DNA of 64,000 bases from contig OZ241842.1 in NCBI GenBank assembly GCA_965202675.1, positions 2,567,074 through 2,631,073 of the forward strand. Reading direction: 5' to 3'. The stretch is from Candidatus Spongiisociaceae bacterium (GTDB lineage: Bacteria > Actinomycetota > Acidimicrobiia > Spongiisociales > Spongiisociaceae). The first letter of the stretch is position 1, and every line of letters begins with the position of its first letter. The notes beneath the pieces were generated by a model. It was not told the DNA's origin and did not search any database. It saw nothing but the letters and a program-made list of their open reading frames with translations. Positions 28,866 to 40,195 of this stretch are shown here, piece after piece. A program made the position numbers and the translations under genes.

Positions 28866-31800
28866 ATGAGCAGGTTTCTGAGGAGCCGGGTTGCGGTGGG
28901 CAGGGTCGGGTTGGCTGTGTTGTTGGCGGCGGGGGTGTTGGCGCCGGGGGTTTTGCGGGGGGGGGGTTGGTTGCACAGACGACGACGGCGACGACGTTGC
29001 CGGTGGTTACGCTGAGTTTGGTTGATTCTTCGGATACTTCTACTGCGGTGACTGCGTTGGATGAGGACAGCGGTTCGAAGGCTTTGCAGTTGAAGGCGTC
29101 GGTGGCGTCGGCGCCGGGTTCTGGTTTGTCGGTGTCGGGTTCTTTGGCTTCGGGCGGTACGGCTACGATGGCGTCTTTGACCAGCGGGGCGTGTCAGAGC
29201 GGTGATGCTTGTTCCAGCGCTAGTTCTTTTAGTATTACTATTCCTGCGTCTGGTACGGAGGGTTTCTCTGTTGAGTTTACGGTTTATGTGCGGTCGGATA
29301 CTATTACGGAGGATCATGAGACGATTGAGTTTACCGGTACGGCTTCCGGGTATACGGTGTCTTCGGTTAATCTGACTATTAATGATCAAGACCGAGCGAT
29401 CAAGTTGAATCCTCCGTCGGATTTTATACTGCGGGAGCTGGGGGAAGGTGAAACTGCGAATAGAAACTATGGTCATGTATATAGGGGTAACCTGACGGCT
29501 GTTGTGGGCGGGGTGACGGATGGTGTGTTCACTGCTTCTACTTCTTCGACGTACAGCTCGGCTTTGTCGGGTATGCGGCTAAAGGTAGATAACGCGACTG
29601 CTACGCAGAACACAATTGACAGTGGCAGCTCTACTGCCGATGCTCTCCACAACGTAAACGACGATTTCAATGATCCTAAACATACGACGATAGCCGCCAA
29701 TACTCTTTCCGGGACTTTCAGCGCCGTGTATGGCGGTAGCGGGACCTTCAATATAGCAGTTGTGAATGATAGGGTGGTGGAAGGGCCTGAGTATCTTGAA
29801 ATCAGGGTTGACCGCCCGGGAGGGTGGACCCACTATCGGACCCGGGTTTATATCAAGGATGCGAACAGTAGGGTGGATTTAACGGTGGATACCGACAGCG
29901 ACGAGGACGGGAATCAGGATGTTTTGACGGAGGGGGATTCCGTTTCGGGGGTGTCGGTGTCGGCGGCTTTTTGGAACGCGACTTCGTCGTCGCTTTCTTC
30001 GGCGACGACGGTTACTTTGTCGGTGGATGAGAAGGCGTCGCCGGCGGCGGGTGAGGCGGGGGACGCTGATGTAGATTATGCTCCGTCGACACCGCTCACC
30101 CTTACTATTCCCGCTCCCGTATCCCCGCTCCCCGCGACGCCGACTGATATTCAAAAGGGGTTGAAGAGCAGCAATGGTACGTTGACGGGCCTGACGGTGA
30201 TTGACGACACGGTGGTGGAAGGCCCGGAGACGCTGACGCTGGGCGGGACATTGAGTTTAGCATCCGATCACGCCGTTTCGGGTTCGTTGACGATCGCCGA
30301 TGATGATGCTGATATTGATTTGGAGTGGTCCCGGTCGTGGGTGTTTGAGCAGGCGGGGACGCAGGCGGTTACGGTTACCGCGAGTTTCAAGGGTGCTACG
30401 TCGATTCTGACGGAGGCTACGGACGTGGCGGTTACGGTAGCGGGGGCGGGCGGGGCTACGTTGGCGACTTCGTGCACGAGCCTCACTGATGATGCTTGCA
30501 CGAGTTTGACGGGCAACGAGGCGACGATTTCGATTCCGATGGGTCAGACGTCGGCGAGCCGGTCGTTTACGGTGACGGCCCGGGATGACAGCACGGCCGA
30601 GTCGGGGGAGAGGTTGACGGTGTCGGGTACGGCGTCGGTGGGCGGTGAGTCGGTGACGGTGACGTCGGCGGATTTGCCGATCTTTGATGCGGGCAGGCGG
30701 GTGGTGTTGTCGTTTCATGAGGCGGTGAGCGGGGATCCTGTGTTGGCGGGGGTGGTGGAGGATGGGGGCGCGCAGACGGTGCGGGTGAAGGCCACCGCCG
30801 CGGCGGCGGTGTCGTCGGACACGACGGTGACGGTGAACGTGGGGGCTGCGGGGGGAACCGCGGTTCTGGGGCCGTCGGGGGATTACACCCGGGGCGGCGC
30901 CGGAACGGAAACGCTTACCATCGCGAACGGGATGACGGTCAGCAACACGGCTGATGTTGTGCTCACTCCGGCGGTGGATGCGGTGGTGGAGGGGGCGGAG
31001 ACGATCCGGTTTACGGGTGAGGCTTCGGGGTTTGTGGTCGCTCCGGCTGATTTGGACATCATTGAGAAGGTCGAGTTGGTGTTGAGTCAGTCGTCGGTGG
31101 GCGAGGGGGCGGGCAACGCGGGCGCGGCGTCGGTTACCGCCCGTTTCGCGGGGGCGACGAGCTCTGAGTTGACGGGCGTGACGGATGTGACGTTGTCGTT
31201 CGGAGCGGGCGAGGACGCGGAGGCGGCGGATTTCACTGCGCCGGGCACGGCCATAACGGTGAGCATCCCGGCTTCCGCCACCACGAGTTCGGCGTCGGCG
31301 TTGTCGGCTTTGTTGATCACGCAGGACAGGTTCGCGGAGGGGGTGGAGAAGATAGATGTGGGGGGTTCGGCGGCGGGGTTCGGGGTGGATGGGGCGGAGT
31401 TGACGATTGACGATGATGATCTGGGGGTTACGTTGACGGCGGACACCGACGCCGCAACAAATAGCGTGTTTGAGAAGGCTTTGTCGGAGGGGGTGGCGCC
31501 AGCGGTGCGGGTGCGGGCTGTGTTTACTGATGCGACGGTTAATGATTTGTCGTCCGCGTTGGAGGTGGGTGTTACGGCGGGGGAGTCGTCGCCGCGGTCC
31601 GCCCGGGGTGGGGGAGTTGATTTTACTGCCCCTTCCTCGCCGGTTGCGGTGTCTATTCCGACCGGGGGAGCTGTGGGGGGCAACTGGGCGAACCTGACAG
31701 GCCTGTTGGTTACCGACGACACTGTTACCGAACCGGCGGAGACGTTTGTGGTTACCGGCTCGGTTACCGGGTTCAGCGACGCAACGGTTACTTCGGATAC

Positions 31801-34492
31801 GTTGACGATCGGTGCGAGTGACACCGACCTGGATATTACGGCGTCGCCGGGGACGGTGGCAGAGAGAGCTACTGCTTATGATGTTGAGGTTACCGCCCGG
31901 TTGGCGGGGGCTTCTTCGGTGTTGGCGTCAGCTACGGATGTGACAGTGGTCGTGGCGGCGGGGGACACCAACGGCGCGACGGTGGCGTCGTCGGTGTGTC
32001 CTGCGGCTACTGATGATGTTTGCACCGATAAGACGAATAATACGTTTACGGTGTCGATTCCTTCCGGGGAGGTCACCGGGTCGGGGGTGTTCAAGCTGAC
32101 CGCCCGGGACGACGGAACCGAGGAAAGCACTCCCGAGAAGGTGAAGATCAGCGGCTCGGCCACCGTGGCAGGGGAATCGGAGTCGGATTCGGTTGATATC
32201 AGTGTGGTGGACAGCGGCGTCACCCTGGCGTTCACCGACGGCGGGACGCCGGTGTCTGCGTTGGCTGAGGACAGCGGAACGACCACGGTCACGGTTACCG
32301 CCAGCCTGCCTTCTGGGATCAGCGTCCCCGCGGGCGGGCCGGCGGCGGTGTTGGGTATCAATCTGGCGGGCACCGCGACCGCGGACGAAGATAATACTTG
32401 GGCGGCGGGGGAGGATTATCGGGCTGTGTTCCCGCCCGGGGCGCCTGACGGCTACGACGCCGGTATCAGCATCCCTGCCGAGGGGAGTTCCGGCAGCGTG
32501 GATATTCGGATCACGGTTAATGATGACAACGCCGACGAGGCGGCCGAGACGATTGTCTTCGACGGCGGCAGTGTGTCGGTCAACAGTGTTGATTATGACA
32601 CGGTGGACGCTTCGCTGGCTTTGAACGACAACGACGCTTCTCCCACCGTGATCGACCTCACCATCCTTGACGACGCGGACGGCGAAGCGCTCACCCAGGT
32701 TACCGAGGGCGGTTCGGACACCGTGGTGCGGGTCCGGGCCGCGTTCCAGGGAACGACTACCCGCTCCGCGGCTACCTCGGTGCCGGTAGTCGTCGGCACA
32801 ACCGGGGAAGCTACCGAGGGAACCGACTACGAAACAGTCAATGATTTCAGCGTAAGCATTCCTGCTTACGCGAGCAGCGGAACCGGAACCTTCACCCTCA
32901 AAACTGCCGGCGCACCATATGACGACAGCGATTTCGAGGGGCCCGAAACCCTGACCGTGGCGGGCGGAACGCTGGCTGGGTTCACTATCAACGAGGACAC
33001 CCTCACCATCGTCGACGACGACCTGACTATCACGTTGTCTGTTTCTCCCGATGAGGCGAACGAAGGCGCCGCCAACACCGACGTGACTGTCACGGCTGCC
33101 TACCCGACCGGCGGCAGCCTCACCGATCCCCAGACGGTTGCCCTGACCCGGGGCGGAACTGCCACCTTGACAGCTGATTACACCCTCGCCGCCGCGTTTC
33201 CTGCGTCCTTGACCATCGCCGGCGGGCAGAGCAGCGTCTCCCAGACCCTCACCCTTGACACTGTTGTCGATGACACCATCGCCGAGGGAGACGAAACCAT
33301 CCAAATATCCGGCACCCTGGCCGGGTTCACCATCGTCCCGGCCGAGTTCACGATCAAGGACAACGACACCGCACCCACCAGCATTGCCCTTTCGGTTAGT
33401 CCCAACCGCCTGAGCGAGGGCGCAACCAACCGCCGGGTTACCGTCACGGCCCGCCTCAACGGTTCCACGACCCTGCCGGATGCCACCCCCATCACCGTTG
33501 CTGTTCCCGCTTCGGGCAGCACCGCCGGTTCCGGTGATTACCGGATCACCAGCCGCCTCACCAGCCTGACCATCCCCGCCGCGTCCTCCACCGGCACCGG
33601 AACCTTTACCATCAGTATCAACACCGACACCGCCGGTGAACCGGCCGAGCGGATCAACATCGCCGGAACAGCTTCGGGTTTCACTGTTTCCCCCGCCGTG
33701 TTGACCATTCCCGCCAACACCGCCCCAGCCCCCCCACCCCCGCCCCCCGCACCCACCGGAGGCGGCGGCGGCGGCGGTGGTGGCGGCGGCGGCGGTGGTG
33801 GAGGCGGCGGCGGCGGAGGCGGTGGAGGTGGTGGTGGGGGTGGTGCGCCCCCGCCCGCCCAACCAGCCCCGCCGGCAACACCGCCCGCCCCGGCGTGTGT
33901 GGGCCGGTTCTGCGACGAGGACGGCAGCGTCCACCAAGCCAACATCGAACGTATCGCCCAATGGCAGATCACCCTCGGGTGCAGCGCCACCGACCCCACC
34001 CTGTTCTGCCCCGGAGCCGACATCACCCGCCGGCAGATGGCCGCGTTCCTATACCGGGCCGTCTCCCAACGGTGGACCATCCAAGCCCCCGCAAGAGCCG
34101 AGCTCACCGACGTAGGAACCGACGCCTGGTACCGCACCTACGCCGACTGGGTCATATCCGTCAACGCGTTCACAGCCCCCCAAGGAGCGTTCAACCCCGG
34201 CGGGGTCGTAACCCGAGCCGATATGGCCATCATGATGATCGCCGCGTTCCCCCACCTCGAAGCCGTGGCCGAGCCCGAGGGCCTCTTCCAAGACGCCCAA
34301 AACGCCGACCCCGCCGTCATCCAAGCCATCGAGGGCATGTACCAGACGGGAGTAACCCGAGGCTGCACCACCAGCCCCCTAAATTACTGCCCCGACCAGC
34401 CCGTAACCCGAGCGCAGATGGCGTCGTTCTTCGTCCGAGCCATCAACCAAGCTCCCACCACACCCCCCCAAACCGCCGGGAGCGGTTCCTAG
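28866..34492 (+). CDS. large secreted surface protein (Calx-beta/Ig-like repeats, Pro/poly-Gly linker, C-terminal SLH-like domains); signal peptide out of frame at G10 tract 28957-28966
   Basis: GGAGGAGG RBS and MSRFLRSRVAVGRVGLAVLLAAGVLA in one frame; body in another frame with repeated DD..EG.ET motifs and ITRRQMAAFL, VTRADMA, VTRAQMASFF. Confidence 0.8.
33758..33846 (+). repeat. GGN trinucleotide run encoding a poly-glycine linker
   Basis: Uninterrupted GGA/GGC/GGT/GGG codons flanked by Pro-rich codons. Confidence 0.85.
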
Positions 34493-34609
34493 AGAAGACA
34501 CACCGATACACAACTCCGCGGCGGTTGCTCCGGCAAAAACCGCCGCGGAGAAAACCAACCCGACAGCGGCGCCGCAAAAGCCCCGCCCCTGTACGAAACA
34601 CAGCACCGC

Positions 34610-34858
34610 ATCGCCCCGATCCTCGACATCGCCGGTATCTTCGAAGATCCCCGGTACATCCACAACGAGACGGCGACCGCGGCGGAGGATCCGGTTCGGC
34701 CCGATCCTATGCAGAGCCTGATCGTCCGCCTTTTCCGCCGCCCCCGGAAGGTGCGTTCGACCGGGCCGTCGTTGGGCGGGCGCAACGCCGAGATACTGGG
34801 CGGGCTGATAGGGTACGGCGAGGCCGAGCTGCGGCGCATGGCCGACGAAGAGGTCATA
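34610..34858 (+). pseudogene. C-terminal remnant of a CaiB/BaiF (family III) CoA-transferase
   Basis: IAPILDIAGIFEDP..MQSLIVRLFRRPRKVRSTGPSLGGRNAEILGGLIGYGEAELRRMADEEVI resembles the family C-terminus; no 5' part. Confidence 0.65.
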
Positions 34859-34906
34859 GGATCCATACAGACGCCGCGGGTTTCGTACAGGAAGGAGACC
34901 AAGCCG

Positions 34907-35806
34907 GTGACCACGGTCGACTGTCATCTCCATCTGACCGAGTCGGCCGAACAGGCCCCCCTCTGGTGGATGGAGGAGCTGTACCGGCCCTACGGCGGCG
35001 GTTACACCTGGACCGACGGCGAGGCGATCGTGGGGATACTGGACCGGACGGGGGTGGACATCGGGATGGTCCAGGGTTCCGACCTCCGGCGCACCACCTA
35101 CCACCCCGATTTTCCCGGCCTGCGCAACCTGTACGTCCCCAACGAGTACACCGCCGAGCAGGTGGCCCGGTTCCCCGATCGGCTGGTGGGCGTGGCCAAC
35201 ATCGATCCGCTCCGGGACGTGCGGGCCGGGGTGATCGAGCAGCGGCGCTGCGCGGAGGAGTACGGGTTCAAGTCGTCGAAGTTCCTTCCCACCTACCAGA
35301 ACTACTACATCGACGACCCGGATATCGCCCCCATGCTGGAGAGTTGCCTGGAGCTCGGCATCGCGGCCCATGTGAACACGGGGTACTCGCCGATCATCAC
35401 CGCCGGGCTCAGGTACGGGCACCCGGAGCGGCTGGATGCGGTCGGCGTCCGCTACCGCGGCCTGCGGGTGCTCGTATACATCAACTTTCCCTACGTCGAC
35501 GAGGGGATCGCGGTGGCGGCCCGCCACCCGAACTTCTACGCCGACCTCGCCTATTTCGTCGGGGCCGGACCCGAGCCCCTGTTCGAGGCGCTCGACAAGC
35601 TCCGCAGCCTGGGGGCGCTCGACCGGGCGGTCTACGGTTCGGACAACAGCGACAAGGACCGCACCGGCGGGGGCCGGCGGATAGGCGCCGACCTCCTGGA
35701 GGAGCTGAACGGGGCGGCCGAGCGGCTCGGCCGGGAACCCTTCACCGAGGCGGACATCGAAGGCGTGGTGGGCGGGAACGCCCGCCGGCTCTACCTGCTG
35801 GATTGA
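34907..35806 (+). CDS. amidohydrolase_2 family protein (paralog 1)
   Basis: GAAGGAG RBS and GTG start; DCHLH, VPNEY, HPNFYADL, YGSD. Confidence 0.85.
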   Translation: MTTVDCHLHLTESAEQAPLWWMEELYRPYGGGYTWTDGEAIVGILDRTGVDIGMVQGSDLRRTTYHPDFPGLRNLYVPNEYTAEQVARFPDRLVGVANIDPLRDVRAGVIEQRRCAEEYGFKSSKFLPTYQNYYIDDPDIAPMLESCLELGIAAHVNTGYSPIITAGLRYGHPERLDAVGVRYRGLRVLVYINFPYVDEGIAVAARHPNFYADLAYFVGAGPEPLFEALDKLRSLGALDRAVYGSDNSDKDRTGGGRRIGADLLEELNGAAERLGREPFTEADIEGVVGGNARRLYLLD

Positions 35807-35810
35807 TTCC

Positions 35811-36731
35811 GTGCCGACCGTGGATGTGCTGCTCTATCTGACCGAGGCGGCCCGGCACGCCCCCGTCTGGTGGATGGAGGAGCTGTACCGCCCCTACGGC
35901 GGGGAGTACCGGTGGACCGACGGCGCCGCCCTGGTGAGGCTGCTCGACGAGGCCGGCATCGACGCCGGGCTGGCGCACGGGTCGGACATCCGCCGCACCA
36001 CCCACCACCCCGGCTTCCCGGCGGAGCACGAGGTGTACGTGCCCAACGACTACACGGCGGCCCAGTGCGCCGCCCATCCCGGGCGCCTGTACGGGGTGGT
36101 ATGCATCGACCCGCTGCGCGATGTCCGTTGGGCGGTCGAGGAGATCGACCGCTGCGTCCGAGAGTACGGGTTCCGCATGATGAAGCTGCTGGCTTCCTAC
36201 CACCATCACGATCCGGGCGACCGGCGGCTCGATCCGGTCTACGAGAAGTGCATCGAGCTGGACCTTCCCATCCACGCCCACACCGGTTTCACCCCCATCA
36301 TCAACGCCCCGATCCGCTTCGCCCGGCCTGTGCTCCTGGACGAGCTGGGGATCCGCTGCCGCGAGCTCAAGGTGCTGGTCTACCTGGCCTTCCCCTACGA
36401 GGACGAGGGGGTCGCGGTCGTGGCCCGCCATCCCAACTTCTACGCCGATCTGTCCTACTACGCCGGGGGCGGCCCCCGCGATCTGTACCGGGTGCTGCAG
36501 AAGCTGAGAGGCCTCGGCGCGCTCGGCCGGGCGGTCTACGGGTCGGACAACAACGACAAATACAAGTCCGGGCCGGGCGGGGCGGCCTCCGAGATCTTCC
36601 TGGGGGTCAACCGGGTTGCGGACGAGCTCGGCGGGCCCCGTCTCACCCCCTCGGAGCTGGAGTCCATCATGGGCGGCGCGGCGGCCCGGCTGCTCAAGAT
36701 TCCCGACCGCGTCCCCGGCGGGCGGAGATAG
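35811..36731 (+). CDS. amidohydrolase_2 family protein (paralog 2, HxH motif lost)
   Basis: Clear paralog of the upstream gene (WWMEELYRPYGG, VPNDY, HPNFYADL, YGSD) but DVLLY replaces DCHLH. Confidence 0.85.
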   Translation: MPTVDVLLYLTEAARHAPVWWMEELYRPYGGEYRWTDGAALVRLLDEAGIDAGLAHGSDIRRTTHHPGFPAEHEVYVPNDYTAAQCAAHPGRLYGVVCIDPLRDVRWAVEEIDRCVREYGFRMMKLLASYHHHDPGDRRLDPVYEKCIELDLPIHAHTGFTPIINAPIRFARPVLLDELGIRCRELKVLVYLAFPYEDEGVAVVARHPNFYADLSYYAGGGPRDLYRVLQKLRGLGALGRAVYGSDNNDKYKSGPGGAASEIFLGVNRVADELGGPRLTPSELESIMGGAAARLLKIPDRVPGGRR

Positions 36732-36747
36732 AACGGCGGGAGGCTTG

Positions 36748-38175
36748 ATGAACGGCGCGACGCGGGACTGCGACCTGCTCCTCACCGGCGGGTCGGTGGT
36801 CACCCTCGACGATGAAAGGCGGGTTCTCGAACCCGGCGCGGTGGCGATAACCGGCAACCGGATCTCCGCCGTCGGCCCGGTCGGGGCTCTAGAGGGCTGT
36901 CGGGCGGAGCGCACCATCGACTGCACCGGCCATGCGGTACTGCCGGGCCTGATCGACACCCACAACCATCTGTTCCAGGGGATGGCCCGCGGGCTGGGCG
37001 AGGGTATGCCGCTCTGGGACTGGCTCACCGACTTCATGTGGCCTTTCTCGGTCTCGATCAACCAGGCCGAAGGGCGCATCGGCGCCATGCTGGGGGCGGT
37101 GGAGTCCCTCAAGGCGGGGACCACCGCAGTGGTCGACAACCACTACGCGCCCTCCGATCTGGACACCACGCTGGCGGTGGCGGAGGCCATCCGCGAGGTG
37201 GGGCTGCGGGGCGCGGTGGCGCGGGGCATAACGGGGGAGGCGACCGGCATCGCCCGCCGGTACAACCTGGCCGGGGAGCTGTTCCGCTACTCCAACGACG
37301 AGGAAATAGAGATCACCCGGGCCGCGATCGAGGCTTTTCCGGCCGGCGGACGGGTGGAGGTGTGGCCCGCCCCCCTCAACATCATCTACAACGACCAGGA
37401 CCTGGTGCGCCGTTCGGTTGCGCTGGCCCGTGAAACGGGGGTCGGGTGGCACACCCACTGCTCGGAGCGGCTCGAGGACCCGCCGACCTATCTGGAGGAA
37501 TACGGCGTCCGTCCGGTCGAGTGGCTCTACCGAGAGGGTCTGCTCGGGCCGGAGGCGACCATCGCGCACGGCATCTACCTCGACGATTCGGAGATCGAAG
37601 GCGTGGGGGAGACCGACACCGGGATCGCCTACTGCCCCATTTCGCATCAGTACATAGCCCTGGGCGTGATGAGGCTGGCGGACCTGAGGGCGTCGGGGGC
37701 GCCGATCGCGCTCGGCACCGACGGTCCGTGCTGCAACCACCGCCAGGACATGTTCGAGGTGATGAAACAGGCCGTCCTGCTGCAGCGCGTCCACACCCTC
37801 GACCCGACGATCAGCAACGGCGAGGAGGCGCTGGAGATGGCTGCCCGGGAAGGGGCCCGCTACGCGGGGTGGGACGCCGGGGTGCTGGCCCCCGGCAGGC
37901 TGGCCGACGTGATCGTCGTGGATATGCGCAAGCCCCATCTGACCCCCCGCCACCGCACCGTTTCGACCCTCGTCTACTGCGCCCGGGGGTCGGATGTGGT
38001 CCATTCGATCATCGACGGCGAGCTGGTGCTCGAGAACGGCGTATGCACCAAAGTGGACGAGGCGGAGGTCATGGCGGAGGCGCAGGCCCGGGCCGAGGAG
38101 CTGATCGACCGGGCCGGACTCCAGGGCCTTCTCACCCCCTGGCGGCGGGGCGGACCCGGCGGCGCGGCCGGTTGA
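36748..38175 (+). CDS. metal-dependent deaminase-like amidohydrolase (MtaD/SsnA/TRZ-ATZ type), copy 1
   Basis: LPGLIDTHNHL, HTHCSE (HxxE), AHG, LGTDG, LAPGRLAD. Confidence 0.88.
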   Translation: MNGATRDCDLLLTGGSVVTLDDERRVLEPGAVAITGNRISAVGPVGALEGCRAERTIDCTGHAVLPGLIDTHNHLFQGMARGLGEGMPLWDWLTDFMWPFSVSINQAEGRIGAMLGAVESLKAGTTAVVDNHYAPSDLDTTLAVAEAIREVGLRGAVARGITGEATGIARRYNLAGELFRYSNDEEIEITRAAIEAFPAGGRVEVWPAPLNIIYNDQDLVRRSVALARETGVGWHTHCSERLEDPPTYLEEYGVRPVEWLYREGLLGPEATIAHGIYLDDSEIEGVGETDTGIAYCPISHQYIALGVMRLADLRASGAPIALGTDGPCCNHRQDMFEVMKQAVLLQRVHTLDPTISNGEEALEMAAREGARYAGWDAGVLAPGRLADVIVVDMRKPHLTPRHRTVSTLVYCARGSDVVHSIIDGELVLENGVCTKVDEAEVMAEAQARAEELIDRAGLQGLLTPWRRGGPGGAAG

Positions 38176-38187
38176 AGGGCGGGCCGC

Positions 38188-39663
38188 TCAGACGTTGCGG
38201 ACGTAGGCGGCGGCGGATTCGTCCGCCGGCGAGAAGTCCCACGGGGTGTGCCGGCCGGAGGTGAGCGCCTGGTGGACCATCCGCCGTTGCTTCTGGCTCG
38301 CGGCGACTTCCGCCCGCAGCGCCGCCAGGTCCCAGCGGGCCTGCGCCATGGCCGCCAGCCGCCCCGCCGCCTCGGCCGCCGCCCCGCCCGCGCCGATCAG
38401 ATCCGACTGCTCCTCCGGGTCGTCCGCGACGTCGAAGAGCTGGGCGGGCGCCCCGAGCATCGAGATGTACTTGAAGCGCCCTTCCCGGATCATCACCGCC
38501 GGGTCGGTAAGCCCCTCCCCCAGGAACTCGCCGAACACGGGCCGCGGGGTTTCCTCCGGCGCTCCGCGGGCCAGGGGCGCCAGGCTGCGGCCGGGGCCGC
38601 CGATCGCGTCCGGGTCGAGGCCGGCGGCCTCCGCGAGGGTGGGCAGAAGGTCGATCAGCGACACCGGGGCGGCCACTCTGGCGGGCGGGATACCGGGGCC
38701 GCAGATGACCAACGGTATCCGGGCGGAGCGCTCGAAGAAGCCCATCTTGAACCACATGCCGCGTTCGCCGAGCATCTCCCCGTGGTCGGATGCGAAGACA
38801 ATCAGGGTCGGCCGGGGGCGGAGCGGTTGCCGGAGGGCGGCCAGCACCCGCCCGATGTTGTCGTCGAGGTAGCTGACCGCTCCGTAGTAGGCCCGGCGGG
38901 CCGCCCGCACCCGGTCGGGGGTCAGGACCAGGCCGTCGAGGCCGAAGGCGTCTCTCAGCCGGCGGGAGAGCTCGTCGACGGGGCCGTCCGGCGGGGCGGA
39001 CGTGACCGGGTCGTCGATCTGGCGCCCTTCGTAGCGGTCCCAGTATTCCCGGATGATCGTGAACGGGTCGTGGGGATGGGTGTAGGAGACGGTCAGCAGG
39101 AAGGGCCTGCCCCCGCCGTCATCCGCCTGCAGCCACCGGACCGCCCGGTGGGTCACCTCGTCGTCGTACCGCATCTGCAGGGTGGGACCCTCCGACGCCC
39201 CGGCTTCGGCGATGTCGCGGGCCGCTTGGCGGAGATAGGCGCGCACGGGGTCGTTGGCGGGGTCGTCCCAGTCCGGCGTCCATCCGAAGTCCGCCGGATA
39301 GATATCGGTGGTGAGCCGTTCCTCGAAACCATGCAGCTGGTCGGGGCCCACGAAGTGCATCTTGCCGGCGAGCGCCGTCCGGTATCCGGCCCGCCGCAGG
39401 TGGTGGGCGAAGGTGGGCGCCGCCGGGGACAGAGGGGAGGCGTTGTCGTAGGCGCCGATCTCCGACGGCATCCGCCCGGTCATCATCGAGAAGCGGGACG
39501 GAGCGCAGAGCGGCGAGTTGCAGTAGGCCGCATCGAACACCGCCCCGCCCCCGGCCAGTTCCGAGAGATGCGGCGCCATGACCACCGGATGCCCGTAGAA
39601 AGGCAGGAAGTGCGGCGCCAGCTGATCCGCCTGGAGCAACAGTATGTCGGGCCGACGGGTCAT
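38188..39663 (-). CDS. betC: choline-sulfatase
   Basis: ADQL, CNSPLCAPSR (CxPxR), GKMHFVGPDQLHGFEERLTTDIYPADFGW, SQKQRRMV..WDFSP. Confidence 0.9.
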   Translation of the reverse strand: MTRRPDILLLQADQLAPHFLPFYGHPVVMAPHLSELAGGGAVFDAAYCNSPLCAPSRFSMMTGRMPSEIGAYDNASPLSPAAPTFAHHLRRAGYRTALAGKMHFVGPDQLHGFEERLTTDIYPADFGWTPDWDDPANDPVRAYLRQAARDIAEAGASEGPTLQMRYDDEVTHRAVRWLQADDGGGRPFLLTVSYTHPHDPFTIIREYWDRYEGRQIDDPVTSAPPDGPVDELSRRLRDAFGLDGLVLTPDRVRAARRAYYGAVSYLDDNIGRVLAALRQPLRPRPTLIVFASDHGEMLGERGMWFKMGFFERSARIPLVICGPGIPPARVAAPVSLIDLLPTLAEAAGLDPDAIGGPGRSLAPLARGAPEETPRPVFGEFLGEGLTDPAVMIREGRFKYISMLGAPAQLFDVADDPEEQSDLIGAGGAAAEAAGRLAAMAQARWDLAALRAEVAASQKQRRMVHQALTSGRHTPWDFSPADESAAAYVRNV

Positions 39664-39721
39664 AGTTTTCTCGCTTTCTTCTTCTCGGACCTTGATCAAA
39701 GCTCGAAGCATCGCGCGGTTG

Positions 39722-40177
39722 TCAGCCCAATATCAGACGCGCCCCGAACCACCCCATCGCAAACCACCCCGCCGCAAATAACATAACAATCAGGCAGCCT
39801 CTTCGCCGGCGGGGTTTATCCCCGCCTTCCGTGACGGGCTGTCCGACATAGGGGCCGTCTCCTGGGCGCGGCGGCAGCCTCGACACTGCGCCCGCTTCCC
39901 AGTCGGTGCACCACCGGCCGTATACGTATGAGAGGGCCGCCGAGCGGTAGGCCTCCGCCTCGGCTTTGCCCTTGCGTGAAAGCCGGTCCCTGTATACGAC
40001 CTCCCCGGCCGGGTTTACAACCTCGGCGGTCCAGCCGGGGTAGAGCCGGGAAATGGTCAGGCTGTGCTGAAGAAACACCCGGCAGAGGACATCGGGCGCG
40101 TCGGCGGCTGTCGGCGTCCAAACCTCCGATTCCGGTCTAGCCGGGTACGCCTCCGAGCCGGTGGGTGAGTGGGTCAT
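39722..40177 (-). CDS. hypothetical protein with C-terminal membrane anchor
   Basis: GGAG RBS; co-oriented between grdB-1 and betC; RRRRGC followed by a hydrophobic tail. Confidence 0.55.
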   Translation of the reverse strand: MTHSPTGSEAYPARPESEVWTPTAADAPDVLCRVFLQHSLTISRLYPGWTAEVVNPAGEVVYRDRLSRKGKAEAEAYRSAALSYVYGRWCTDWEAGAVSRLPPRPGDGPYVGQPVTEGGDKPRRRRGCLIVMLFAAGWFAMGWFGARLILG

Positions 40178-40195
40178 CGGCGTCTCCGCGTCGGG

